From NCBI GenBank assembly GCA_964016885.1, contig OZ024740.1, forward strand, positions 51,522,001 to 51,586,000: a stretch of 64,000 bases of DNA, in the 5' to 3' direction. This DNA comes from Eledone cirrhosa (lineage: Eukaryota). A program made the translations under genes and the position numbers. Shown here piece by piece: positions 27,440 through 40,851 of the stretch (the stretch's first letter is position 1; each line of letters begins with the position of its first letter). The notes beneath the pieces were generated by a model. The model was not told where the DNA came from, made no database searches, and saw nothing but the letters and a program-made list of their open reading frames with translations.

Positions 27440-27700
27440 GTTCCACTGTGGATCCTTTCAGTCTCCACCCACTGTCATGCCATTACAGTGCTGGCTGCTT
27501 CCCTCACCATGCTGTTCTCAACGAGATCATAAAGCATGGCCTGGATAGCACAGATTCCCTTCTCAGCTTGAGCCAGCAGGGATGACAAAAAGCCAGACGG
27601 TATGACATTCTTCCTGTTCCATTGGAGCAGGCTCCTCATCTGAGATGCTACATATATGACACCTTCTTTAATGGCAACCTGGTGTGATTGGCTACCAGCC
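27440..27700 (+). mobile_element. Decayed CRE-like restriction-endonuclease (REL) retroelement fragment
   Basis: PSQLEP..DKKPDGMT..LI*DAT remnants. Confidence 0.5.
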
Positions 27701-28278
27701 CAGGGTTTGGTACCCGCCAGGCCAAAGAGGGCAAACCGTCAAAGTATTGGCTGTTCTTTGATAGGTTTGTGGAGACTTCAGGCCTTCAGGCCTCTTGACC
27801 ACATCCCTGCTCACTGCTATCGGAGCGGTGTTGGCTGCCTGCAGGTGTAAGCCCTACAAAGTGGAGTGGCTGTTCCAGTACATCTCTTACCGTCCTCTGA
27901 GACAATGTCTTCTCCATCCTGTTGGCTGCTGGGACCACAAGGTGAACTGACTCATAAGTTTTAATTATGATAGTGGCGTGTGGATTTCATTTACTTCCTT
28001 ATTTTAATAAATTCTCCAAATGTTTGGTTATTTTCAACATTGTATAGATTTATATGTGTGCAACATAGAAAGAGGGGAAATGTGTGTGTAAGGGGGAAGC
28101 AAGGAAAATATTGAAATAAGAAAAAAGGGAAGGAGAGGAAAAATATTTCCCTCTCTCTTAGTTTTATTTCTCATCTCTCTCTTTTGTCTTTATGCATGAA
28201 CAAAGAACAACTTCAAAAACGTCTGCATTATATATTAATATATCTCTTCGTTATGACCTTTTTTCCCCACCCTCTCAG

Positions 28279-28457
28279 GTTATTTGACCCCAATACTGAT
28301 ATAATAAGAGCAGATTGGCACCCATTGAAAGATACTCCTTGGATACTGCCACTACAAAACCAACTTGCCAATTGGCGGAGTACTATGGAAAAAATTACCA
28401 AAGAAGTTCATAAGAATAATTCATTGAAAGATGTAACATTTATTCTTGATTTTCCAG
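28279..28457 (+). CDS. GGCX: GGCX exon (human exon 11 equivalent)
   Basis: LFDPNTDIIRADWHPLKDTPWILPL..TFILDFPG; ctcag| and |gtaag. Confidence 0.96.
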
Positions 28458-28559
28458 GTAAGTTTTAATTTGGAAATGAAAGACTTTGAGCAAAGCTCGT
28501 TTATATAGAAATATATTGAGAATAACTGCTAAGATCTTTAATACAAATGTAGAGATAAA

Positions 28560-28945
28560 TCATCATCATCATCATCATCATTTTACGTCTGCTTTTCCTT
28601 GCTTACTAGAGTGGGATGGGTCCTCTTCAGCACAGCATCTCTCCATTCGTCACGGTCCTTTGTCATCTCCTCTGTGAGCTTCAGCGATCTGAGGTCAGCT
28701 CTCACCACCTCTGCCCATGTTTTTCGTGGTCTTCCTCTACTGCATCTTCCTGCCACCGTGATTTCTTGGCACTTCACCCAGTGGTCATCTTCCATGAGTA
28801 TCATATGGCCATACTAACGCAGTCTTCTCTCCTGTACACTACAGTTTTTTCCTCTTATACACAGTTTCACTCTTAACTCGTTCATGCACATTGACATTGC
28901 ACATCCATCAGAGCTTGCTTCATTTATCTCCAGCCTTTGCATATC
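28560..28945 (-). mobile_element. Older RTE 3' fragment
   Basis: GRPRKTWAEVVRADL peptide; (GAT)n tail. Confidence 0.75.
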
Positions 28946-29889
28946 CATATGGGTGTATTTTATTGTGGTGCCAGCAGTAAAAAAATTGTCCTGTCCTTAA
29001 GGTTAAACAGTCCTCTCTAACCTACATTATCTTTGATCATCAACCAGTTCACAGAGTGTATTGGGTGCATTTTGTCAGAAGTTGCTTTGCCCTTATATGG
29101 CACTAGAATCTCCTCCATTTGTTCAAGGCAAATGTATATGAAGTCATGAAGCAGTGCTGGATTTGACTGGCACATAACTATATTCCCACCTGTGGGTAGA
29201 CTCCATCAAGCCAGTGAGTTTATTGTCTTATATTGTTTCTGTGTATCATAAATATATGTATAGTGGGATGTGTAGTTTTTTTGTAGTGTGTGTGATTCAG
29301 GGCAAGGTAAGAAAAGGAAGCTATAGGGAACTGGGAGGGAGAAGCTAGAATATAATGAAATACAATAAACAAGATAAAACTTGTTTAAAAACGGTATACA
29401 TTTTGTGTTTTATTGTTCATTTAGGTGAAGGTAGAGGTGTAGAAAGATATGTGTGTGAGAGTTAATGTTAGAATTAAAATTAAGGTTAGGATTAGTGTTA
29501 GTATAAGTTACTGTGAATGGTCATGTGGCTACAGTCTATGAGCCTTGTTGCTGAGTTAGTGTTGGTCACTTGATAATGTGTGATTTCAGATTAATAATCC
29601 TTCATCAGACTAGATTATTCCTGGCTTGGCAAATCCATTACCCGTCAGAGTATGTGTATAGGTGTTTCCATGTGTCCAGATCACTCCAACAGTTTAGGAT
29701 AGGCAGCTGTTTCTTAATAAAATGTGCTTCTGCTATTCGTATGTTTACCATATCTCTTTGCTCCACAAGTATTTTTATAGTTATGCTCCTTCCACATATT
29801 TCTGTGTTGAAACACTGCACTATCCAATGTAACTGGGATGTTGTCAAATGCAAGTTCACTTTCAAGCGGATTGAGTTTTCCTTGGAACA

Positions 29890-30450
29890 ACACCGTCTCA
29901 CCTGCCTACACTCTGCCTTACAACCAACCAATGACATTTGGCTTAATTTGGTGCCTTCCTCATCAACTGGTACACTTATTGATTATGAGTGCACCCTAAT
30001 TGGAGTGGCACAGTGCCTTGGCCTCCATGAGTGTGAGTCACACAAATGCGATTGTGGAACAGTTTTTCACGAGTTTGGTTTGCACTCGTTATCTTGCCAC
30101 CTTACTGCAATCCATCTTCCTTCCACAATCACGCTGCTCACAACAATCAGAAGGGGCCTCAACGCAGCCAGTTTCCCATCACAATTAGAGCTGGCTGACC
30201 TTGACCATGGCAATGGCAGGCGCCTCGACAGATTAACCCTTTTCTCTTTCAAGGGAGGAAAATCCCTAATTTCAGACATGATGTGCTACCTCTAACCTTG
30301 TTACTTCAGCCACAAACCTGGACTCTACTGCCCGCAATGCAGAGGAAAGGAAATAGTTAAATGCCGGGACCTGACTGACCACTTCGACTTTTTACTGGTC
30401 TCTTTTGCCATTTTGTCCACGGGGCATGGCTGAGGCACTGCTCAGACTGG
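29890..30450 (+). mobile_element. Decayed CRE-like REL non-LTR retrotransposon 3' end
   Basis: WLNLVPSSSTGT..HKCDCG..GLHSLSC zinc knuckle, then GRRLDRLTLFSFKGGKSLISD (degenerate RPDG..W..GK.L.WD). Confidence 0.65.
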
Positions 30451-30705
30451 AGTATAGTTTCTTTCCCTCTTTCTCTCCTTTTCTTTTGTTGCTTGATTCA
30501 TTTTTTCTTTTTCTTCTTTTCATTTCCTTTTTTTTGTTCCCTTAAATAAAGTGTTTTGTTTTTCCTATAACAGCTTTGTAAAAAGAAATTGTAGAATATT
30601 AAAAAAAAAAATTAAATTCCTGTATAGTTGATTTTTTGGGGATCAATGCTTCATGAATAGAATTGATTCTTCTAACAATCTTAAAATTTTCTATTTTTCA
30701 TTTAG

Positions 30706-30836
30706 GATACCATCTTGAAAATTTCATTCCAAATGATCTTCTTAGGAATCGGTTAACTGTACTAGAAGGATCAGTAATTGTAGAGATGACTGAACAAGAA
30801 AAGAACTACACACTACACAAAGGAGATAGTGTTAAG
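30706..30836 (+). CDS. GGCX: GGCX exon (human exon 12 equivalent)
   Basis: GYHLENFIPNDL..VLEGSVIVE..KNYTL; 131 nt; tttag| and |gtagg. Confidence 0.95.
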
Positions 30837-31192
30837 GTAGGTTGTATTTGAGAAAAGATGGGAGACTCATTTTGACAAATGTGTACAATGATTTTCTATT
30901 TTACTTCCTTTTATTTCAATGTGCAATGTTAATGTGCATGAACGACAAAACATGGATGAACTAAGAGAGAAACTAGGTATAAAAGGAATTAGATGTAGTG
31001 TGCATGAGAGAAGACTAGGTGGACTTGATGCTTTTTCATCGTGTCATCAGCATGGCCAGCTTACAGGGTAGACTGGGCACTTTTTGTCGTGTCATCAGCA
31101 TGGCCAGCTTACAGGGTTGACTGGGGGCTTTTTTACTTCTTTTTTTTGATGAGGCAATGCTTAAATTTAATTTTTATGTTACACATGAAAAG

Positions 31193-31343
31193 GTTCCTTC
31201 TGGAGAGTTCCATATTGTGTATACAGTGTCATCAGGTCCTGCAGGTTATATGTACACATATTTACCACAGAAGAGGTTGAGTGAGAGTACAGCAACCTGC
31301 CCTAGGCTCAAATGGTATGAGAAACTCCCACAGGATCCACAAT
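31193..31343 (+). CDS. GGCX: GGCX exon (human exon 13 equivalent)
   Basis: VPSGEFHIVYTVSSGPAGYMYTY matches LPAGEYHKVYT..PSCYMYVY; atypical gaaaag| acceptor, |gtaagt donor. Confidence 0.9.
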
Positions 31344-32224
31344 GTAAGTATCTCTTAACCCTTTCAATACCAGCCTGTTCAAAACTGTCTCTAGTTCAAA
31401 TGAAAGAAAACCACCCATTTTAAAGAGTTACTGTTTAAATTAAAATCTTCCATATAAGGACTATATGTTAAGTTAATATTTTAGTAATGAAATGATTAAT
31501 AATTTTAATAAATCCCTCTAAATTCTTCATTAATTAATTGAAATAGTGTTGGGGTCTCAAACACATGGACCATAACCTACTTTTCTATGGCCCATGGCAG
31601 GACAATTTTCATGTCTAATATTTTGAAATGGAAAATTTTCCCCACTTTATTTTGTATTAATTCCCATATCCCACTTACTAGCATATGCATATTCATTTTG
31701 ATGAAAAAATAAATAGTAGACTATCAGCTGTATTGTAGATTAGCATTATAACTAGTGGAATCCCCCTCCCCCCTTATCTCACTTTTGGTCCACTGTACCT
31801 CTTCCCCAGGTTGTAATAGCCTTTTTGAGGCCCCCTAAAATAGAATGTATTTTATTAGAAATACAGTCACAAAAAGTTTAAAAAGTATAGTGGCACTGAG
31901 CCAATGGCTATAAGTTCAAACTAAGCTTGTAATATAGATTTCTTACATAAGCACAGATTTATAGTAGAAGGGTCAAGTCAATTTAATTAACTCTCAATAT
32001 ATTACTGGTACCTATTGTATCAATCCTAGGAAGAGTCAAAGACAGAGGTATTCCAAGCATGAAGGGGCATATTTAAATAAAGCAAAGAATTTTGGCTGGC
32101 ACTACACCAATTCTACAATGTTTAATAATATATTTAAGAATTATTGAAGATGATGTTTTAAGTTAGTCATTTTTATTATTTATTTATTTGTTATTATTAT
32201 TTTATTTTTTTTATTTTTTTGCAG

Positions 32225-32294
32225 TTCAGCATCCAAGCCTGCTGGAGACATTTATAAATTTTCTAAAATTAAAATATTTTATGTTTTCCAGGAG
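32225..32294 (+). CDS. GGCX: GGCX penultimate exon
   Basis: tttgcag| and AG|gtgagt; QHPSLLETFINFLKLKYFMFSR resembles FFRFLLRKLYVFRR; phases consistent. Confidence 0.85.
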
Positions 32295-34150
32295 GTGAGT
32301 ATTATATTTTATTCTCTTTCTCTGTAAACTAGTTTGAGATAGGAAGGGCATCCCACTGTAGAAAACCTGCCGAGCAAAGGGTCAGGATTACTCTTCAGCT
32401 AAGTCAAGACTTGAGAATGTCCCTAGTGCTGGGGCCATGATAACATGTACTCAGTGAATGATTGTATGTAAGCAAGATGTGGGCCCCCAGCTAAAGATAA
32501 CGGAGGAGGAAATGAAAACCAGTGGGCTGGTGAGGGGAGATGGCTTTAAAATACTTGTTGTTGTTATTGCATCTACATTTTATTATTGACTCCTCACAGG
32601 ATCATCATCATCATCACCGTTTTACGTCCGTTCTTCCATGCTAGCATGGGTTAGATGGGTTATCCTGTTGTGGCAGTGTCCAGTCAGCTGACCTTGTCTT
32701 GCTCATACGGGAACTGATTCTGGATATGTATGCTTATGATTTTATTTACAAAAATATTAAGCTGTTCACTACACACTTACAAGTTAAATACTTGGACCCC
32801 ATACTGCCGAGCTTCTCTGCAAGATTGGAATGAGCGTTGCAAGGTGAGGTGGCTGTTGCAGTGGGTGTTGTTGGTCATTGTCCGCGGAAATGCTTTTGCA
32901 GTTTTGTCCTCGAAGCGCAACCCCAACACCACCGCACCCTAGGCTCAGATCCCATCACCCTCCTCCACCCCCTTCCTTTCTTCTGTGACCCTAGAGTCCT
33001 TGCTTTTTCCCTCCTTTTATTCTTATTTATGGCTTTCATAGTCCTTTCCTCTACTTTCCCATACAGCCAGATCTGCCCTTCCTTACTCCTTCCTCATTTT
33101 CTCATTACTTAATTTTGCTTTTATCTTTCTTTTTCATATTTAAAGGTATATAAAATGTGAATATTTTTCACTAATATTTTTATCCCTTTCCTCGACCTTA
33201 CAACGATATGTGAAGTCTATCACACAAAGCATATCATAAATAATATTTCATAAATATTGTGACACAAACTACTACTTTCTCTTTATGTGGCAATTCAAAA
33301 GTAATTACTTAATACAATCTCCATGCCTAATGGATGTGTATCTGAGTTCAAACATTAATAAAAGCAAATGAATTTATTTTCAAAGACAGGAAATTATGTA
33401 AAATTTTACATATCCATATATCAGACTGAAGATTGCAAAACTGTAATTCCATCCCTTAACAATGGACTTGCAGAGGTTAGTATCTCTATGTGCTGATTTC
33501 TTGAGCATTTTCAATTTTAAGTGTCCATCAAAAACTTCAGTGATACAAACCATAGATTTCTAGACATTTGTAAGAATTGTTTCCCTTGAAAATATGAATC
33601 TTGCTAAGTTCCTTTAGATTTACTCCAACTGTTTTCGTAATGCGTCGATCACCTCTCTTAATCAGTTCCATATAACATGGGCATTCTCTAGGAATTGGTG
33701 AACAGGTTTTCCAGCATAGCAAGTCAGCTAAGATTATTCAACCTTTAAGATACCTTTACCGGAAATCTCCCATCTGGTTTGTTTTTATGGTTTTCTTTAT
33801 ATAGAAGTTAGGTGGAGAAAGGGGAATGCATATGACAAATTTAGGGTAATATGGGCAGGAAGTGTTGTCAGATCAGGTTGCAGTCATGGGGGAGGAAGAA
33901 CTATCTTTAGTAAGGGATCTATTGGGTTAGATACAGTGAGAGTTGTAAGAAAGGTTACATCAGGACTGTATTCCCCAGTTTGTTTGCTTATTAAATACAT
34001 ATTAGATGTTGACTGTTACTCTAGTAACTCAGCCACTTGTGATTTATATCATATAAGTAAATACAAGTAGTTTCCCCACTGTAAAGTAGTATGCTATAAA
34101 GTTATATTAACTCATTATTAATGTCACTATTTGCTTTTGTTTTCATTTAG

Positions 34151-34286
34151 CTTCACATTATCTCTGGGAGCAATGAAAAGTATTATCAGTGGCCAGCCTT
34201 TTCAAAGAATATTGAATGAAACATATGACTATGAAAATGAGCATGTTGAAAAATCTGTCAAAAACCAAGCAAAATTATTTCTATGA
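34151..34286 (+). CDS. GGCX: GGCX last coding exon
   Basis: catttag|; SFTLSLGAMKSIISGQPFQRILNETYDYENEHVEKSVKNQAKLFL*; TGA at 34284-34286. Confidence 0.85.
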
Positions 34287-34408
34287 AATCAATGCTGGAA
34301 GGTAGAGATGAAAAACCCTGAAAACGTTCTGTTATATCATCTGTCATAACACTGCTGGAGTTTGAAACGTCGATGAAACTATTTCTATCAAATTTATGCT
34401 TGAAGTAA

Positions 34409-34438
34409 AATAAAAAGACAAAACATACTAACAATAAA
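34409..34438 (+). terminator. Candidate GGCX polyadenylation signals
   Basis: AATAAA at 34409 and 34433, ~125-150 nt after the stop; AT-rich context lowers specificity. Confidence 0.4.
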
Positions 34439-36029
34439 ATGCATTATAAACAATTCTGAAACAATATTTCAAAGTAAAAACACAAGATTTTCATAATTTC
34501 TCAGTGAATTCATATATATATATATATTATTTCAGTTTAAATAAATCTATTTTATTGCATTGAAATTCTAAGATGTTTGACATTCAAGATATTTTATATC
34601 TTCATAGATGATTTTTGTTTCATTTTTATAATTTTTAAAATATTTTCTCACTTGCAAGCGTGATTATTTCCCACTGACCTTTTCCCTTTTTATTTAGTAT
34701 TCTTCTTACAATTGTTGTAGTAAATGTCAATTAAAAGCTCTTCTCAACAACTAACCAATTACTAAAAGCTTAAATTAATATGGCACCAATTATTCTGTTT
34801 CATTTCAATAGTCATTTATCAGGGAATAGGCCTTGGAATATAGTAACAAATGATTTTTAGTTATTGTCTGTCCGGGTTAAATGTTTCCCCCTCTATACTG
34901 TATCAGCTCCTGTTGCAGTGTAACGTTAAATAAGCTTAAGTTTGTCAGTGGCAGGCTGATGTTGACTGTATATCTCCAAATAGAATATTCTCCATGGAAC
35001 TATGTAGTTTGATAGGGAGATTTATAGAGATACCTTAGGTATCATCATAATCATCCTTTTTACATCCATTTTTCCATACTTGAATGGGTTGGACAGATCT
35101 TCTCCAGTACAGCATCTCTCCACTCGTTGCAGACCTTCATCATCTCCTTCGCGAATCACATATATTATTCAACAATAGCAACATATGTTTTTCAACATAT
35201 GTTTTTCAAATGTTACTTGTGTTAAAATATTTTATATAGGTTTTCGTCAATCATCACACAAGCCATGTTTAACTTAGTTGTTGTTGTTTAGCTCCTAGGT
35301 CAGCAGAGATTGAACAAACCTATGAGCGAAGGCATTCCAGCTGTAACCATATTAAGCTTTGTGTTGTAATAAAGAAAGTTTCTATTAATCTATATATTAC
35401 TAAAACTCTGCGATTGCTTGCTTGTCTGTAATGTAATACAGCCAAAAAGGCACATAATACTTTGAAAGGAAGTTGACCCTGAAATGGGAATACAAATGGA
35501 ATAAAACAAGTTTTGCGTAAATCGGAGGATGGGTTCCCGAGATATGGGGTTTTTCCGGGTACCTTCATAAATAGAGAAGGATAGAAATAAAGAGATAGTG
35601 GTTGTGAGAGAGTAGATTGAAAGAAAGACATAAAGAGAGGGAGGGGAGACACAGAAGGAGAATGGAAGAGAGAGAGAGAGCTGTTGGTGCTGTTGTGTGT
35701 GTGTTCTATGACCAATGTATATAGATCACAGACACCCACATATATATATATGTATACACACACACACATTTATATATACATTCACACACGTATATATATG
35801 GGCCTTCCAGTTTTATTTCACATTATATACATGTCTGAATATTTCAATTATTTAAAAACTATTTTTAAGTGAATATGATTTTTAAAAAATATATTTTGAA
35901 GGGAATGTGACCCAACAGGTCACGGGTGGTTTAGTCTATTTTAAAAATGAGGTACTGAAAAACTATGTAAGGGACATAACTGGTTTTAAAGATAAGCTCT
36001 CTTTAATAAATTATAATTACTAGCCGTAA

Positions 36030-36238
36030 CTCTTTAGCATTCACATTATTCTATAAATACTATTATATTTTCATGGTAAAGGCTTTACCTCACATAATAT
36101 CTCACATAATATCGAATCTATGAGATTTTGAAAGTATTTATTTTGAGAACAATACCTTAACATCAGTTTGAGTGACCAGTTACAGCCAGTTTCAACAGAA
36201 AGAGGTAGAGAATTCTGGCTGGTTTGAACACTAAAGGG
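36030..36238 (+). mobile_element. piggyBac-like MITE (third copy)
   Basis: Same body as 12110..12308; ends CTAAAGGG|TTAA. Confidence 0.7.
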
Positions 36239-37214
36239 TTAAAGCATTCAGATGGTTACCCAACCTGCTAGAAATAATAGCTAAATATCTCTCAAATGCA
36301 CTGATTTCATCATAAAAAAGTGCATTGGATAATGTAGTTTTAAAGATACTATGTCTGAAAAAATGATCATAGCTGGAAGCCTTCAGCCCAATGAGAAAAG
36401 GGAACTTCTCCATGGTGACCCAACTTGCTAGAAATAGCATTCAAATCTCCCTTAAATCCCACCAATTTCATCTCGAAAAAAGAAGGATGTATTGGGATAT
36501 TAGAGTCCTGCATATACTAAGACTAACAAAAATGGTTGTAATGTCTTTGATCATGGATCTGCTCAATCAGAGTGTGCCTAGGGCTAAATAACAATTTCAA
36601 TGAATTACTTTTAATAAACATGTTTGCATTTCTTTAATTCAGTCTGTTAAAGCCTGATTCACCCCCTTCCACTGTTAATATGTATCACTGCAGCATTTTT
36701 GAAGCAGGGTATTAACTTCATTCCATAGGTTTTTAGAAGAAGTCCTCTGTTTGATGCTGCTTGATATTATTATAGGTAAACATACACTATGTTTTTTATA
36801 CAAAACACACAGAAATATATGATGAATTGTCTGCTTATTGGAATATATAAACAGTATAAAAAGAGTGTAAACTTTTCTTTACTATAAGTACTTCCAGCTG
36901 AGATTACATTTGTGTGTATGTTTCTGGGAGTTTTTTTCTATTTATTATAAATCTACGAAAACACATACACGAAAACCTTGGAATACAGGCTCTGGATATA
37001 TCTGTCCTGTCATTTGGTATACACACACACACATATACAGACAGTCACACAAGCTAATAACCACATAAACTCACTCAAATACACACTAACTGATAACACT
37101 CATAAACACACTCACACACATACATGGACACACTTGTATACACAGGCACATATAAACACACAGAAATATCACAACCACACACAAATCCACCCCACACATA
37201 AACATGCAAAAAAA

Positions 37215-40200
37215 CGATGCTATAAGCTTTTCTGGGTGGGAAATGACAATGGGCTGGGTGGGGTAGGAATCATGTTAGCAGAAAAATGTGTGCATAAGAT
37301 AATAGACGTAAATAGAGTGAATGACAGAATAATTAAAATAAGACTTGTTCTAAATAGAACTACTGTGACAGTAATATCTGTGTACACACCCCAATCCGGA
37401 CTGCCTGGCGCTATAAAAGACAGATTCTATGAGACACTGATGCTCACTACCTCCCAAATAACCGACAGTGACTATATAATTATTGCTGGCGACCTAAATG
37501 GTCACGTTAGACAACATTGTGACAGCTATGACAGAATCCACGGAGGCTATGGGTTTGGTACTAGAAATGAGGAAGGCTCCAGAATCCTGGAATTCTGTGA
37601 TGCAAATAACCTAACTATCTGTAACATTAACTTCAAAAAACGAGACAATCACTTGATCACCTACAGATCAGGGGAACACACAAGCCAGGTAGATTATATC
37701 CTTACCAGGAGACGTGACAGAGTGTCTGTTGTAAACACTAAATCCCTCCCCCATGAAGAATGCAGCTCCCAACATAGACTGATAATTAGCGACCCCATAG
37801 TCAGGACGAGACGTACTCGACAACAGAAGAGGACTATCCTCAGCAGAAAAATATGGAAGCTAAAGGACCCCACAGCCAGAAATAAATTTCAAAGCATATT
37901 ACTTGATGCTTTCGACAGTAAGGAAGAGCAATTAGAGTCGTATAATGTAGACGAACAGTGGGAATTCCTGAAAGCAAACCTGCTGATGGCGGCAGACGAA
38001 ATCTGTGGCTGGAGCAGGCCTGTAGGCAGGAGGAGAGTAACATGGTGGTGGAACAGTAAGGTGAAGGAGTCAATTAAGGCCAAAAAGCAGGCTTGGAAAA
38101 TATGGCGGGATGGGGGAAGTAGAGAAGACTATCAAGTGGCTAGGAGACAAGTGTACTTCGCAAGAAGGGAAGCAGAGGAAAGAAAGTTCAAGCATGTTCT
38201 ACAACGCGAGGACCAAAAACGTGAGGTGTTCAGGATTGCTAGGCAATGTGTCAAGGAAAACCGTGATATTGTCGGGGAGAAGTGTGTCCTTAATGATGAT
38301 GGTGTACTTGCCATCACTGACGCTGATAAGAAGGTAGCTTGAAAGTGTCACTACGAAAGGCTACTAAATGAGGAGAATAAATGGGAGAAAGACAGTCTCC
38401 CCCACATCGATCCAATAGAGGGACCAGCAGTGTTAGTCGAAGGTAGTATAATAAGTAAGGCAATCAAAGATATGAAGACGGGTAAGGCGGCTGGGCCTTC
38501 AGAAATAGTTGCTGAAATGCTGAAAGCTTCTGGAACGGTGGGACACACCATGGTCACCCGGATAGTAAACCAAGTCATACAGAATGGGGTTGTTCCGAAG
38601 GACTGGCGTAGCAGCATCATCATTAACTGCTACAAGGGTAAAGGAGATGCCCTAGATAGGAGTAACTATAGAGGCATTAAATTAATCGACCAGGTCATGA
38701 AGGTCACAGAAAAAGTAATAGCGCAACTAATCAGAGAGAGAATTGATCTAGATGAAATGCAGTTCGGGTTTGTGTCAGGTAAAAGTACCACAGACGCTCT
38801 TTTCATTGTACGACAACTACAGGAGAAGTACCTAGCTAAAAGTAAACCCTATACTTAGCTTTTGTCGACTTGGAGAAAGCCTTTGACAGAGTCCCCCGTT
38901 CCATTATCTGGTGGGCTCTTAGAAAACTAGGTGTTGATGAATGGCTTGTGAGAGCTATACAAGCCATGTATAAAGAAACAATCAGCAAGGTTAGAATTAA
39001 CAACGAATATAGTGAAGAGTTTAGCGTAAAAGTTGGTGTTCATCAGGGCTCCATTCTTAGCCCCCTACTATTTATTATTGCCCTTCAGGCTATAACAGTG
39101 GAGTTCAAGACCGGCTGCCCATGGGAACTCCTATACGCAGATGATCTAACGCTCATAGCTGAATCAATGGCCGAACTAGAGAAGAAATTCCAAACATGGA
39201 AGCATGGCCTAGAATCAAAAGGCCTTAAAATTAACCTGTCTAAGACTAAAGTTCTAGTTTGTAGGAAGGAAAATAGGGCACCGGTCCCATCCGGGAAATG
39301 GCCATGCTCAGTGTGTAGGAAAGGAGTAGGTAGAAACTCCATTTTATGTCCCAAATGCAAAGTATGGGTGCATAAAAGATGTAGTGGGATCACAGGTAAG
39401 CTAACTAAGAACATAGATTTTATATGTGGCCGGTGCTCTGGTGCAATAAGTAGCAGCAAGTGCCCACAGTATACTAGCTCATTCCATTGCACAGATGGTT
39501 CTATAGAAATAGTGGACACCTTCCGTTACTTGGGTGACAAAATCAGCAGGGGTGGAGGGTGCTCTGAAAGTACAGTTGCTAGAGTCAGAACTGGATGGAA
39601 AAAGTTCAGAGAGCTTATACCATTATTAGCCGCTAAAGGGTTCTCTCTAAAAATGAAAGGTAGGCTGTATGATGCCTGCATACGAACAGCAATGCTGCAT
39701 GGCAGTGAGACCTGGGCATTGTGTGCAGAGGATATACGCAGACTAGAGAGGAACGAAGCTTGCATGCTCCGCTGGATGTGTAATAGTAATATACGTGAAC
39801 GGCAAAGCATAAACGAACTAAGGGAAAAATTAGAAATAAGAGGGATCAGATGTTGTTTACTCGAGAGAAGACTACGTTGGTATGGTCACGTGATGCGCAT
39901 TAAAGACGACAGCTGTATAAAAAAGTGTAGGGCAATAAAAATAGACGGTAGCCACGGAGTAGGCAGACCCAGAAAAACCTGGGACGACTTGATAAATTCT
40001 GACCTCACACACTTACACCTCTCCAAGACAATGTCACTGGACCGAGATCTTTGGCGCTACACAGTAATACAGAAGACCCGCCTTACCTAAGTACAAAGTG
40101 AAACCTACTACAGTCAGTAGGCACCTCTAACAAAAATACACCCCGTCCCACTACCCCCACCCCATCCACACCACCCCTTTCAATGTAAAGTTATGTTGGT

Positions 40201-40483
40201 GCCACAACATCCAGTCCGAAACAAATGAGGTCGTGTAGGTGTCACGACAAAAAAACACACAGTCCACGCTGTAATGTGGCCGTGTAGGTAACACGGTAAA
40301 AACCTCCCAGTCCACACTGTAAATGAGGTTGGTATTAGGAAGGGCATCCAGCCGTAGAAAACCCGCCAGACAGTCCTATGCGAGCAAGACAACCAATCTT
40401 GCCTCAAGTGGGAAAACTCCCGTCCAAACCCATGCAAGCGTGGAAGATGGACGTTAAACAATGATGATGATGATGATGATGAT
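37215..40483 (+). mobile_element. RTE-B LINE with near-complete ORF2 (APE + RT + PHD-like finger)
   Basis: ORFs 36978..38342, 38430..38858, 38870..40090; one TGA (38340) and one frameshift (~38850); (GAT)n tail. Confidence 0.96.
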
Positions 40484-40803
40484 GACACACACACACATGC
40501 ATAAAATGTACACACATACATAAAGAAAAAATGACTTGCACACTAATGAAATGCACTACATCTGCACACACATAACAGTCATCTACCACCCCTTCATGTC
40601 GAACTACTTGCCTGTCGTCCTCACGCATCTTAATAAATTTTTTTTTTTTCCAACCTTCTTATCACCTCTTTACCCGAATTTTGCTCTTTCCCCAAAAAGG
40701 GCCAGCGTACGATACACTGGAACATTCATTTCCCTTTTCCAAGAAACAAAAGGAAAACTAACATGAGTTATTGTACTTGTGTTTATCTTGAACTACATAT
40801 TTA

Positions 40804-40849
<46 letters not shown>

Positions 40850-40851
<2 letters not shown>

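Noticed and set aside
34337-34376. Hammerhead relic in the GGCX 3' UTR (TCATC..GAAACGTC-GATGA)
   Set aside because: The CUGANGA box is absent (CTGTCAT) and helix II is unconvincing
36978-37215. His/Thr-rich N-terminal extension of RTE ORF2
   Set aside because: Read-through of CA-rich simple sequence upstream of a 5'-truncated element
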